DNA of 64,000 bases from Gammaproteobacteria bacterium (GTDB lineage Bacteria > Pseudomonadota > Gammaproteobacteria > SZUA-229): assembly GCA_029881035.1 (NCBI GenBank), contig JAOUNI010000005.1:6724-70723 (forward strand). Direction: 5' to 3'. This document shows positions 1 through 8,846 of this stretch, in pieces. Every line of letters starts with the position of its first letter. Within the stretch, counting starts at the first letter, position 1. Below the pieces are notes generated by a model. The model did no database searches, was not told the origin of the DNA, and worked only from the letters and a program-made list of their open reading frames with translations. The position numbers were made by a program, and so were the translations under genes.

Positions 1-12
1 GGGCGTACTTAA

Positions 13-101
13 GTAACCCGCACCCTCATCAATAACCCTGTGCTGTTTTAAACGTGCAAGCATTTTGGCTTTATAACCATAACTAAAGCAAGTGTTTATT
101 C
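13..101. repeat. Copy A of a ~90-nt intergenic repeat (copy B at 6873..6966, same orientation)
   Basis: Hand alignment. Shared blocks are aataaccctgtgct, attttggc.ttataa and gcaagtg.ttatt in the same order and spacing. Roughly three quarters of positions look identical by eye. Confidence 0.6.
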
Positions 102-156
102 CTTATCAGGTTTTGATTTAGATTTGGTTTCTGTTTTTGACCTGTTACCCCCTCGT

Positions 157-289
157 ACAGCCTGCCTCAGCTTCCGGCTTTGGTAGGGTAACAATTCATG
201 GATGAATTGTTAGGTTCGTCGAGCAGGACGCGAGTTGAACCGACGCGTAGGCAAAGTCGGGAGTTGAGGTTCCACGCAGGGCAGGCTGT
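157..289. repeat. Nested inverted repeats in non-coding DNA
   Basis: Outer arms acagcctgcc (157..166) and ggcaggctgt (280..289). Inner perfect palindrome taacaattcat-gg-atgaattgtta at 189..212. A further hairpin ctttctttt-ttcgc-aaaagaaag lies near 313..335. Confidence 0.6.
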
Positions 290-416
290 TTAGGGCGAAT
301 TTCTTTGGTGCCTTTCTTTTTTCGCAAAAGAAAGACACACGCGCCAGCAAGCGCGGAAAGGTCAGTTATGGCTGGCGCAACAAAGCAGAAAACAGGAAAA
401 GATCACTCACATGTTT

Positions 417-1064
417 TCAGGGTCGAGACTTTAATAGCTCCCTAAGCTCAACAACTTCCGCTTCCAACCTCGCTACCCTCTCCTCCAGATCAGACTTACT
501 GGACCGCTCTGCCGTACTTGCCGCTGCTGCATGCATGGTGTGCGCTTCAACATCAACGGGGCCGGAGAACAAATGCATATACTCCGAGTCTTTGCGCCCC
601 GGTGTACGTGGCAGTTTTACAATGACCGGCTCGTCCAGCTCGAGCAGGCTGTTGAGTGCATCAACCACCGCCGCATTGTCGGCAAAGGTATGCAGGCGAT
701 CACTGCGCGCCCTGATCTCGCCAGGTGTTTGCGGGCCACGCAGTAGCAGCAAACAAACGATGGCGAACTGCGCGGAATTAAACTGGAACTCATTTAATAA
801 GGTATTACAGAATCGGTGGGTATATTTTTCCACACCATTCTTGAAGTTTTCATCAATCTTGAGCAGATGTTTGTCGCTTAAGCTGCGCGCCGTATGCTGC
901 ACCACACCCTTGTCCAGCGACATGACCGGGGTGCGTCCGGACTTCTGATTACAGGCGTTGGTCAGTGCATTCAGCGTGAGCGGATACTGATCGGGTGTGT
1001 AGATGGATTTTTCCATCAAGCAACCGATTACTCGGGCTTCGTGGGCAGTTAAGTTCGGCAGCAT
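417..1064 (-). CDS. yceH: YceH-like DUF480 family protein
   Basis: 215-aa ORF. The N-terminus LTAHEARVIGCLMEKSIYTPDQYPLTLNALTNACNQKS matches the conserved YceH/UPF0502 pattern as I remember it. The C-terminus is a coiled coil. Confidence 0.8.
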   Translation of the reverse strand: MLPNLTAHEARVIGCLMEKSIYTPDQYPLTLNALTNACNQKSGRTPVMSLDKGVVQHTARSLSDKHLLKIDENFKNGVEKYTHRFCNTLLNEFQFNSAQFAIVCLLLLRGPQTPGEIRARSDRLHTFADNAAVVDALNSLLELDEPVIVKLPRTPGRKDSEYMHLFSGPVDVEAHTMHAAAASTAERSSKSDLEERVARLEAEVVELRELLKSRP

Positions 1065-1225
1065 AGATGGACCTTAATAAATTTTGAATTGTCGATGCGG
1101 ATTAAAGCATGCTTTGATCATACATTTAAACAGTGCCTTGTCCGTGGGTGTAATGACCCACTACCACCAAAGTTATGAATTACTACAGAAGGTAAGTAAG
1201 CAGTACGCGTTATTACGCAACGTGG

Positions 1226-1245
1226 ATTCCCGCCTACGCGGGAAT
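1226..1245. repeat. REP-like GC hairpin (attcccgc-ctac-gcgggaat)
   Basis: Perfect 8-bp stem directly 3' of the ABC permease stop (1261). This motif class yields the spurious ..LRGNDG.. translation seen in ORF 1084..1578. Confidence 0.6.
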
Positions 1246-1260
1246 GACGGAGTATGGAAA

Positions 1261-2022
1261 CTACTGTTTCACCCGATATCCCGTCCTAAACATCCACCCC
1301 ACTATCCCAATACATACCACCAAAAACCCAACAATCATCGCCAGACTGACGCCGACACTGACATCGGAGACCTCAAAAAAACTCCAGCGGAATCCACTGA
1401 TGAGATAAACCACCGGGTTGAACAGCGTCACCGTCTGCCAGAACGGTGGCAACATACTCACCGAGTAGAAACTGCCGCCGAGGAACACCAGCGGGGTGAT
1501 TACCAGCAGCGGGATGACCTGCAGTTTTTCAAAATCATTCGCCCACAGGCCGATGATGAAACCGAACAGGCTGAATGAAATGCAGGTGAGGATTAAGAAA
1601 GTCACCATCAAGAATGGATGCGCGATTTTCAGCTCGACAAAAAAGCTGGCGGTGAACAGGATGATGATGCCGATGATCAGCGACTTGGTGGCGGCGGCGC
1701 CGACATAACCGATGAGGATCTCAAAATGGGAGATCGGCGCGGAATGGATTTCGTAAATGGTGCCGGTGAACTTGGGAAAGAAGATGCCAAACGAGGCATT
1801 GGCGATACTCTGGGTGAGCAGTGACAGCATGGTCAGTCCCGGCACGATGAACAGGCCGTAAGACACGCCTTCGATGTCCTCGATGCGTGAGCCGATGGCC
1901 GAGCCAAAGACGATGAAGTACAGGCAGGTGGAGATTACCGGTGAGGCCAGGCTCTGGAAAAGGGTTTCGTAGGCACGCAGCATTTCCTGGTGGAAGATGA
2001 CTCTTATCGCCTGAAAATTCAT
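1261..2022 (-). CDS. ABC-2 type transporter permease (YadH-like)
   Basis: 253-aa polytopic membrane ORF. Its start overlaps the stop of the upstream ABC ATPase gene by 4 nt. Confidence 0.85.
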   Translation of the reverse strand: MNFQAIRVIFHQEMLRAYETLFQSLASPVISTCLYFIVFGSAIGSRIEDIEGVSYGLFIVPGLTMLSLLTQSIANASFGIFFPKFTGTIYEIHSAPISHFEILIGYVGAAATKSLIIGIIILFTASFFVELKIAHPFLMVTFLILTCISFSLFGFIIGLWANDFEKLQVIPLLVITPLVFLGGSFYSVSMLPPFWQTVTLFNPVVYLISGFRWSFFEVSDVSVGVSLAMIVGFLVVCIGIVGWMFRTGYRVKQ

Positions 2023-2975
2023 GGCTGCGCCTCGCTTGTGTCGGCGGGCTGGTGGTCGTGCTTGACCAGGTCAACAAAAATATCTTCCAGCGAACTCTGT
2101 TTTATCTGCATATCCTTGAGCGACAGGCCGGCGCCCTGAATGGCTTTCAGCATGTCGGTGATGCCGGTGCTGTCACTCGCGGTGTCGTAGGTATAGGTGA
2201 GCTGGTTGCCGTCGTCGGATAATTCCAGATCGTAACCGGCCAGTGTCGGTGGCAGGTGCGAGGCGGACTGCTTTAACTCGACGATCAGCTGTTTTTTGCC
2301 CAGGTTGTGCATCAGGGTCTGTTTGTCTTCGACCAGCAATAACTCTCCCCTGTTGATGACGCCGATGCGGTCGGCAATGGCTTCGGCTTCTTCGATGTAG
2401 TGTGTGGTCAGGATGATGGTCACGCCCGAGTCGCGCAGGCGGCGCACGATGTTCCACATGTCCTTGCGCAGTTCGACATCGACCCCGGCGGTGGGCTCAT
2501 CGAGGAACAGGATTTTGGGCTCGTGCGACAGCGCCTTGGCAATCAGTACCCGGCGTTTCATGCCGCCGGACAGGGCGCGGAGCTCGCTGTCTCTTTTGTC
2601 GAACAGGGAGAGGTCTTTCAGCAGCTGTTCGAGATAGGCCGGGTTTTTTTTCCGGCCAAACAGGCCGCGGCTGAAAGACACGGTATTCCACACGGTATCG
2701 AACTGGCCGAGGGTGAGTTCCTGTGGCACCAGGCCGATCATGGCACGGGTTTGGCGGTAGTCGGTGATGTTGTCAAAACCATTGACGGTGACCGAGCCGG
2801 TGCTGGGCGTGACGATGCCGCAGATGATCGAGATCAGGGTGGTCTTGCCGGCGCCATTGGGGCCGAGCAGGGCCAGGATTTCGCCATCGGCAATGTCCAG
2901 GTTGACGTGTTTCAGTGCCCGAAAACCGGACTGGTAAGTTTTGGAAAGATCTTTGATGGTGACTATGTCAGGCAT
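2019..2975 (-). CDS. ABC transporter ATP-binding protein (YadG-like)
   Basis: Walker [10 protein letters not shown], signature LSGGMKRR and Walker B ILFLDEPT. There is a C-terminal extension typical of ABC-2 exporters. Confidence 0.93.
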   Translation of the reverse strand: MPDIVTIKDLSKTYQSGFRALKHVNLDIADGEILALLGPNGAGKTTLISIICGIVTPSTGSVTVNGFDNITDYRQTRAMIGLVPQELTLGQFDTVWNTVSFSRGLFGRKKNPAYLEQLLKDLSLFDKRDSELRALSGGMKRRVLIAKALSHEPKILFLDEPTAGVDVELRKDMWNIVRRLRDSGVTIILTTHYIEEAEAIADRIGVINRGELLLVEDKQTLMHNLGKKQLIVELKQSASHLPPTLAGYDLELSDDGNQLTYTYDTASDSTGITDMLKAIQGAGLSLKDMQIKQSSLEDIFVDLVKHDHQPADTSEAQP

Positions 2976-3205
2976 GGGTTGATATTACGTTGTTTTATGT
3001 CCGTCGTATTCTGAAATAAAACCTGAATTAGAGCAAAATTGTTTTTGAGATAAGCGAAGGCTGCAATCTGAAAGTTATTTAATTTGTCTTATCAATTCAA
3101 CCGTGCTCAGTTTCTGGTTATTGTGTTCATACAGGCGAGGTACAATTGGTCTGTGCAATATCATTATTGGCAAACACTTCATGTCATCTGAACGGTGAGA
3201 TTAAT

Positions 3206-3742
3206 ATGAAATATTTTTTGATCAGTTTAATGCTAAGCAGTTTGTTGATTTTATCAGCCTGTTCATCGAACCCTGTAAAAGATCCTGACTCACATTTATA
3301 TTCTGTCACTGTGGGTTCAACACTGACCTTAAATAAAGAGATTACGATTCCAGCCAACCTGGCTCGAGGCTATTTTCAGAATGGTAAGGCCGTGCTAAAA
3401 AATGAAATAGATTTGTACCACCCTCATTGCAGCCTTTTGATGAATACACTGGTGGATTATGAGCGCATTATTAAACCCACCGTGTTTGAAATTTATAAGG
3501 TGGAGGATGATCATGATTATGTACAACTGCCGGTGTATGTTGCCTCCCGTTTACTCACCAATATTGATGGCCCTGCGGTGATCGCGTATGCGAGCATTTA
3601 TTATTTACGCGCGACGGATAATGTCGATGTGAGATCTCTGGAGTGTGCTCAATGGGATGATCCTGTCAATGTTGAATATCTGAGCATCAATGAGGTAAAA
3701 AAATCGCTGGGCGAATATTTTAGCCTGCAATTAAATGATTAA
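3206..3742 (+). CDS. Lipoprotein of unknown function
   Basis: The internal ATG at 3206 is preceded by ggtgag. Signal peptide with lipobox MKYFLISLMLSSLLILSAC. The region is AT-rich. Confidence 0.7.
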   Translation: MKYFLISLMLSSLLILSACSSNPVKDPDSHLYSVTVGSTLTLNKEITIPANLARGYFQNGKAVLKNEIDLYHPHCSLLMNTLVDYERIIKPTVFEIYKVEDDHDYVQLPVYVASRLLTNIDGPAVIAYASIYYLRATDNVDVRSLECAQWDDPVNVEYLSINEVKKSLGEYFSLQLND

Positions 3743-3769
3743 GGCCGTTATGTAATGAGAGGCAATCTA

Positions 3770-4573
3770 TTAATAACTGTATATGACAGTAAAGCCCACA
3801 CCGGTATCCGCTTCGGAGTCTGAGAATCCCTTCAGTAAATAAACATTCGCTGACCATTGCCGGCTCAGTGCTGTGTTGATATAGAGTCCGGCCATGCGAC
3901 CATCCTCTGAGCCCTCAGTGCTGGCCTGCTGGTAGCTGTAGACAAGGCTGAGCGATATTTGAGGTGCAAAATCGTAGACAAAACCGGCACTGGCAAAAAG
4001 TGTATTATCGTAATTAACTGTTTGTGTATCGCCGACAAAAAGATAACCAAGAGAAGCAAATGGCTTCAGGTTAAGTTTTTCATATTTACTAAAGAATTTT
4101 AGGGAAAAATCATTTTCTCCAGTGCCCAGATTGTCACTGGCTGTGCCCCATTTGACTGAGCCCGTCAACTCATAAAACATGTAATCATTTTTTGCGGGCA
4201 GAAAAGCATGTGACACGCTGGTTGTAATATCACCGAGTCCCGAATGTGTTTTTTTCACTAGTGTGGCTGGCTGCATTGGAACAGCCATGTTACCCATGCC
4301 GCTGCCTCGGGTTCCGCCATAAGAGCCCGGCACAATGCGGCCATCACCGGTGACGCTGATATAGGGAATTGTGACTGTGGCTCGCCAGGTGCCTTCGGTG
4401 TATTGCGCGATGAACGGGATGGTAGTGATATCGGTATCATTATTCAGGCCATAGTTACCGCTGGTTTTTTCATAACCTGTACTAAGGTTGAGCTGACCTT
4501 CTGCGGCGGCAGTAAATGATATAAACATCAGGGCCGGCAAGCTAAATGTCAGTAATATGAGCCTGTTTATCAT
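3770..4573 (-). CDS. Outer-membrane beta-barrel protein (possibly MetA-pathway/transporter-like OMP family)
   Basis: Signal peptide ending FTAAA-EGQ, alternating beta-strand pattern rich in aromatic residues and glycine, and a C-terminal aromatic ..VIYSY. Confidence 0.65.
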   Translation of the reverse strand: MINRLILLTFSLPALMFISFTAAAEGQLNLSTGYEKTSGNYGLNNDTDITTIPFIAQYTEGTWRATVTIPYISVTGDGRIVPGSYGGTRGSGMGNMAVPMQPATLVKKTHSGLGDITTSVSHAFLPAKNDYMFYELTGSVKWGTASDNLGTGENDFSLKFFSKYEKLNLKPFASLGYLFVGDTQTVNYDNTLFASAGFVYDFAPQISLSLVYSYQQASTEGSEDGRMAGLYINTALSRQWSANVYLLKGFSDSEADTGVGFTVIYSY

Positions 4574-4749
4574 TTTAGGACTCTATCAGTAATGGTTATT
4601 TACTTATTAGCGAACGCGATAATTTTGGCACACTCGAATGCAGATAGATTGATCTGGATAAGGCTTTATATTAATTCACGGTCAGAAGCTAAAATTAAGA
4701 GCGATTAATACGTGGGCACCCAATTTATATTTCTACCTGGCCAACCTTA

Positions 4750-6756
4750 CTAAATCTTATGTTCAAAAGTGATGAGTTCAGCCATTGCTTCGAAACCTTT
4801 TGAATTTGCCCAGTCTGATAAAGTTTGGCCATTGGCTAATCTTTTTGTTAAATCAGGTTTATGATTTAAAATGAGTTTTACCATGTCGGTATCATTAGTC
4901 ATTATGGCAAGCATGATAGGCGTTATGTTTAATTTTACGCTTGAATAATTTACATCGGCACCATGAGTGAGTAATCGAGAAGTTGAATCCTTGTCATTTT
5001 CATAAATTGAATAAAGCAGAGATGTGAGGCCTTTGCTGTCTTCAGCATTTATATCCCGGCCTTTGGTTAGCATATCTTTAATTAATGGTGACAAATAATC
5101 GGTTTTTGCCAGTTCTCTAAATAATGTTACGTCTGATAGCGCCAGTCCTTCTGCCTGGTTAAAAGCTGAAGTTGCCTCTTTGGTTGAATTAGCCTTGTTA
5201 TGCATATGCCACATAACATAATAGCTAATAGCTAAAGAAGGGTCTTGCTCTTTACAGCCCATTTTATCGGCCTGACCATGACTGATAATTGAGCCCTGAT
5301 AGTCATTCATTTTGTACAAACGAAGTCTTGCCTGCTCAAGAAGAGTGCAGTTGTAGTTGGGGAATTCAGTTGCGAATTTAGAATAAAGCGCATCAGCTTC
5401 TTCATAGCGACCAGCTTTAATTAACAGTGGAAACAGATGAAGTTTTGTCTGGATTATTGGGCGATCATTGCGATCAAACGCCCTTTTTTTATTGAACGTA
5501 ATTAAATATTTTTCTATGGCATCAGAGATTTTGTTTTGTGACGCGTAGTTTTGACCCCAATTTGTATATAACCACAAATTATCAGAACCAATCTTACTGG
5601 CGGCTTCATATTCAGCCTGTGCCTCTTCATAGCGACCCTGGTTAGTATATACATAACCTAACAGTATTCGGGTGTCGGCGAGGTCAGGGTCAATTTTCTT
5701 TGCAATCAAAATAGCTCGCTCTGCCTGTTTTAATCCCTCGTCTTTAAAATCACCGGATGTTTTCATATGAAATCTTGCCAATTCTAAATATGCTCTTGGA
5801 TAATTAGGATCTAAGACAATGATTTCATTGAGGAGAGATTTGGCTCGATATAAATTATTTTTACTATCGGTGTCGATTAATTTATAGGCAAGCTCATATT
5901 TATTTTTAATGATGCTGTCATTGTCTGGCTTGTTGTAGCCGACTAATTGATAAAACTCAGCATCAGATGTTTCAGGCGAAATTAGTTTATTTATAATTTC
6001 GCTATCAATGGTTTTTTTCATGCTGCCAAAAGAAATGTAGATATCGTTTTCGCTGAAGTCTGATATTTTATTATTTCCGAAACTGATTTCAGAAATATAG
6101 TTTATGTTTTTTGATTTGATGGTTTGTGAAATAACTAATTTGACCAGGTTAATGTCAACCTCAGAGCCAATGTATAATTTGGCATGATCAAAGCCAATCG
6201 GTTTGCCATTAGATGGGCCAAATTTTCTTACTTTATGGATTGGTGCGCCGTTTAACAAAAGGCTTTTATAAAGCTCGTCGCCAGGATCAACGTGCTTTTC
6301 AATACTGATAAGCCTCACTGAGTTAAAGTTGTTTTGCACAACTTCATGTCCAGATATAAATTCCTGAATATATTCAGGACCAGGCCATTCAATATTTAGG
6401 TCTACCTCCTTTTCCCATATTTTATTATTATCCCAAGTAGATAGAATTATATTGATACTAGTAGTGCTAACCGACTTATTTCTTTGTAAATCTCTAGTTA
6501 TCACTAGCTCGGTATTATTAATGCCGCCTCTTATGTTGTAAATAAAATTTCCTGGGCTAATGTCAGGAATGTGACCGTGTAGGTATGCTGAGCCATCGCC
6601 AGCATAAAAATAAGAAACATCAATGACCGCTTCATCGTATGTAACTTTATTTAATTTAATGTCAATAATGTGATTGGTTTTAAAATCTTCAGCCCGGGCG
6701 CTGCTAAGGCATAAAAGAATACTTAAAATGGTGATGAATATATTTCTTGTAAGCAT
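4750..6756 (-). CDS. Secreted protein with unknown N-terminal domain, central TPR repeats and C-terminal ankyrin repeats
   Basis: Signal peptide ..CLSSARA-EDF. TPR-like helices (..YPRAYLELARFHM.., ..LGYVYTNQGRYEEAQAEYE..). Ankyrin-like ..GRDINAEDSKGLTSLLYSI..LLTHGADVN..ITPIMLAIMTNDTDMVKLILNH. Confidence 0.75.
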   Translation of the reverse strand: MLTRNIFITILSILLCLSSARAEDFKTNHIIDIKLNKVTYDEAVIDVSYFYAGDGSAYLHGHIPDISPGNFIYNIRGGINNTELVITRDLQRNKSVSTTSINIILSTWDNNKIWEKEVDLNIEWPGPEYIQEFISGHEVVQNNFNSVRLISIEKHVDPGDELYKSLLLNGAPIHKVRKFGPSNGKPIGFDHAKLYIGSEVDINLVKLVISQTIKSKNINYISEISFGNNKISDFSENDIYISFGSMKKTIDSEIINKLISPETSDAEFYQLVGYNKPDNDSIIKNKYELAYKLIDTDSKNNLYRAKSLLNEIIVLDPNYPRAYLELARFHMKTSGDFKDEGLKQAERAILIAKKIDPDLADTRILLGYVYTNQGRYEEAQAEYEAASKIGSDNLWLYTNWGQNYASQNKISDAIEKYLITFNKKRAFDRNDRPIIQTKLHLFPLLIKAGRYEEADALYSKFATEFPNYNCTLLEQARLRLYKMNDYQGSIISHGQADKMGCKEQDPSLAISYYVMWHMHNKANSTKEATSAFNQAEGLALSDVTLFRELAKTDYLSPLIKDMLTKGRDINAEDSKGLTSLLYSIYENDKDSTSRLLTHGADVNYSSVKLNITPIMLAIMTNDTDMVKLILNHKPDLTKRLANGQTLSDWANSKGFEAMAELITFEHKI

Positions 6757-6872
6757 TTATTAGATCCCTCGTTGTTTTTATGGAGAAGCGCAAGACTAAA
6801 CCTTTAAGGCACAATATTTAAGAAAGGGAAAGGCAAGGAATCGGATTAACGCGATTCAGTAAATATATAGAT

Positions 6873-6966
6873 GTAACCAACTCCGCACTCTCCCCAATAA
6901 CCCTGTGCTATTTAATTTGCGAAGGTATTTTGGCGTTATAAGCACAGGTAATGCAAGTGGTTATTC
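6873..6966. repeat. Copy B of the ~90-nt intergenic repeat (copy A at 13..101)
   Basis: Same conserved blocks as copy A. This copy can fold as aataacc/ggttatt plus cctgtgct/agcacagg stems. Confidence 0.6.
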
Positions 6967-7112
6967 GTGTCTGATCTTTTGTGTTATGAATTACTTCAAT
7001 GTAATTCACTCTATGGGTTAGCGATAAAAGAGATGTTTGAATTTATTCCAGATAAATTTGTCGTGTCCGATGGATTTAGTGGCCAGGTTTTTGTGCGATA
7101 AAAGCTAATGGT

Positions 7113-7259
7113 TTAACACGGAGATTCCTGTACAGTCGCTGTCTCAACCGTTGGGCGCCATCCGCCCATACCAAGGAAACCGGTATCACTACTGGCCTGT
7201 ATTGAGGTGGAAGCCAGGGTAAGCCAGAGGCTGATGGCAATCATACTTAATTTAAACAT
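7113..7259 (-). CDS. Possible small exported peptide (48 aa)
   Basis: Hand translation: MFKLSMIAISLWLTLASTSIQASSDTGFLGMGGWRPTVETATVQESPC. The N-terminus looks like a Sec signal. It falls below the ORF-track cutoff and has a weak RBS. Confidence 0.3.
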   Translation of the reverse strand: MFKLSMIAISLWLTLASTSIQASSDTGFLGMGGWRPTVETATVQESPC

Positions 7260-7485
7260 TGGAACATTACCTTTTATCGTATTTAGTATGTGAATACTGC
7301 AAATAACAGGCCAATAATCGCATGCGCAATATGAATCAGTAAGTTGTGGTCATATGTTCAATTAATTTATGTCTTTTAAGTGTAAAGTTTTGGAATAGAA
7401 ATCGAGATATTTTACAGAGTAAAAAATATATTGAGATGAATGAGAATTATTCTTTTTTTGAAAAGGTTTTTGATTGAGCGTAAAA

Positions 7486-8088
7486 CTAAGTTTTTGTCGC
7501 AATAACAAGGAAGATTGGATAATTTTTTTCGTTTTTGACGACTGTATGCGCGGTGTAAAAATGAATATCTTTGAAAGCGTTCTTTTTAAGTAAGGTTTTT
7601 AATTCGTAACGTTCAAAGCCCGAATGAAAAACGCCCGTTACATCGGCGGGATGAAAACTGCCATCCTCTTTATCGAGATCAGCCAGTGCGATCATTGCGC
7701 CGGATTTTAGGTGATCAGAAAATACTTGAATAAGCTTGGCCGTGTCTTCTACATGGTGCATGGCCATCGCACTCATAATTAGATCGAACTGAGTGGCTAG
7801 AGGCTTCTCTAAAATATCCTGACAGATAGCTTCAACCTTACTCTGTAATTCGGGTTTGGCGACCAGTTTATTCAGCATGGCTTCGGAGATATCAATGGCA
7901 ACTATTTTATTTACATAAGGTGCGACGTGAGAACTGACCAGGCCGGTGCCGGCACCGAAATCCATCACTACCATCTGCTGGTTAAGAGGCGTGTGCTTCA
8001 ATATGGTCGCGCCCACTGCGGATGAAAGCTGCTTGATCATTTCATCCTTGTCCCAGGTTTTGGCTTTTTCGTTAAAGTGGTCTGACAT
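7486..8088 (-). CDS. Class I SAM-dependent methyltransferase
   Basis: SAM motif I VMDFGAGTGL and a 200-aa Rossmann-type layout. Confidence 0.85.
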   Translation of the reverse strand: MSDHFNEKAKTWDKDEMIKQLSSAVGATILKHTPLNQQMVVMDFGAGTGLVSSHVAPYVNKIVAIDISEAMLNKLVAKPELQSKVEAICQDILEKPLATQFDLIMSAMAMHHVEDTAKLIQVFSDHLKSGAMIALADLDKEDGSFHPADVTGVFHSGFERYELKTLLKKNAFKDIHFYTAHTVVKNEKNYPIFLVIATKT

Positions 8089-8120
8089 TAAAGGGTTCCG
8101 TGAATTAAGAGTTAGTCAGG

Positions 8121-8645
8121 TTAGAGCGCATTGCTTTTTTGTTGAAGGGCGGCTTCTTCTGCGTCGATTTCCTGCTGTTTTTTATATGCAGCGTCAAATT
8201 TCGAAACAGTAAAACCATTCATTCTATTTTTACCAAGAATAATAACGGGTACGCTTTTGCCACCGAGTGCTTTAAAGTCTCTTCTACCGGTGCTACTTTT
8301 TTCTACATCATAGGTGACATGAGGAATCCTGTTTTTAACGAAATAAGATTTGGCCTGCTTGCAGATGCCACACCAGCTGGCAGTATACATAACCACCTTA
8401 CCTGTTTTCCCCAGCCGATCTTTCAGGGGTGTTATCTGTACAGAGGTGTAAGTGTTTATTTTTAACTCGACTTCTTCCGTCTTCTGATTTTGAGGAGGTG
8501 AGTCGGTAAAGTGTGCATTGCCGCGTTCATCGACCCATTTGTATATTCCGCTGTGGGCAGCAACACTGTAAAACGTGAGTGCGATGATTATTGACAGACA
8601 TGAGAAAAATTTTTTCACCGATAAAAAATAGTTAATTATTTCCAT
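8121..8645 (-). CDS. DUF4124 domain plus glutaredoxin-fold protein (exported or membrane-anchored)
   Basis: Start moved to MEIINYF.. at 8645. Hydrophobic N-terminus, the DUF4124 hallmark IYKWVDERGNAHFTDSPP, and a thioredoxin-fold CGIC motif. Confidence 0.75.
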   Translation of the reverse strand: MEIINYFLSVKKFFSCLSIIIALTFYSVAAHSGIYKWVDERGNAHFTDSPPQNQKTEEVELKINTYTSVQITPLKDRLGKTGKVVMYTASWCGICKQAKSYFVKNRIPHVTYDVEKSSTGRRDFKALGGKSVPVIILGKNRMNGFTVSKFDAAYKKQQEIDAEEAALQQKSNAL

Positions 8646-8846
8646 AAATCGCCATCCCTCAGAAACGGACAAAAAGAACTGAATTGATTTGTAACACAGC
8701 GAGCTGTGGCATTCAAAGGTTTTGTTGACAGTGGTTTGCAAGCGCTGCAAGTTTGCTGTGGCAAGTGGTCTTGTCAGGGAAACCACGCTGGTCTCAAAAA
8801 ACGAGGTCAAAGAGCGTGCTGTCTAAGTATAAGCAGTCGCAGCAGG

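Noticed and set aside
1084-1578. 164-aa plus-strand ORF
   Set aside because: It starts in the REP-like hairpin (giving the classic ..LRGNDG.. artefact translation) and then runs antisense through the ABC permease gene. It is a spurious ORF.
2400-3014. 204-aa ORF antisense to the ABC ATPase gene (similar cases: 11219..11662, 14808..15521, 30405..30890, 62052..62450)
   Set aside because: All lie entirely inside well-supported genes on the opposite strand. Their compositions are low-complexity and Arg/Gly/Ala-rich or Ser-rich, typical of antisense frames. I recognised no motifs.
7486-8088. Methyltransferase near the ars genes as an ArsM arsenite methyltransferase
   Set aside because: The protein is only 200 aa and has a single cysteine (..EAICQD..). 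ArsM needs several conserved cysteines and is larger. I kept the call as a generic class I SAM methyltransferase.
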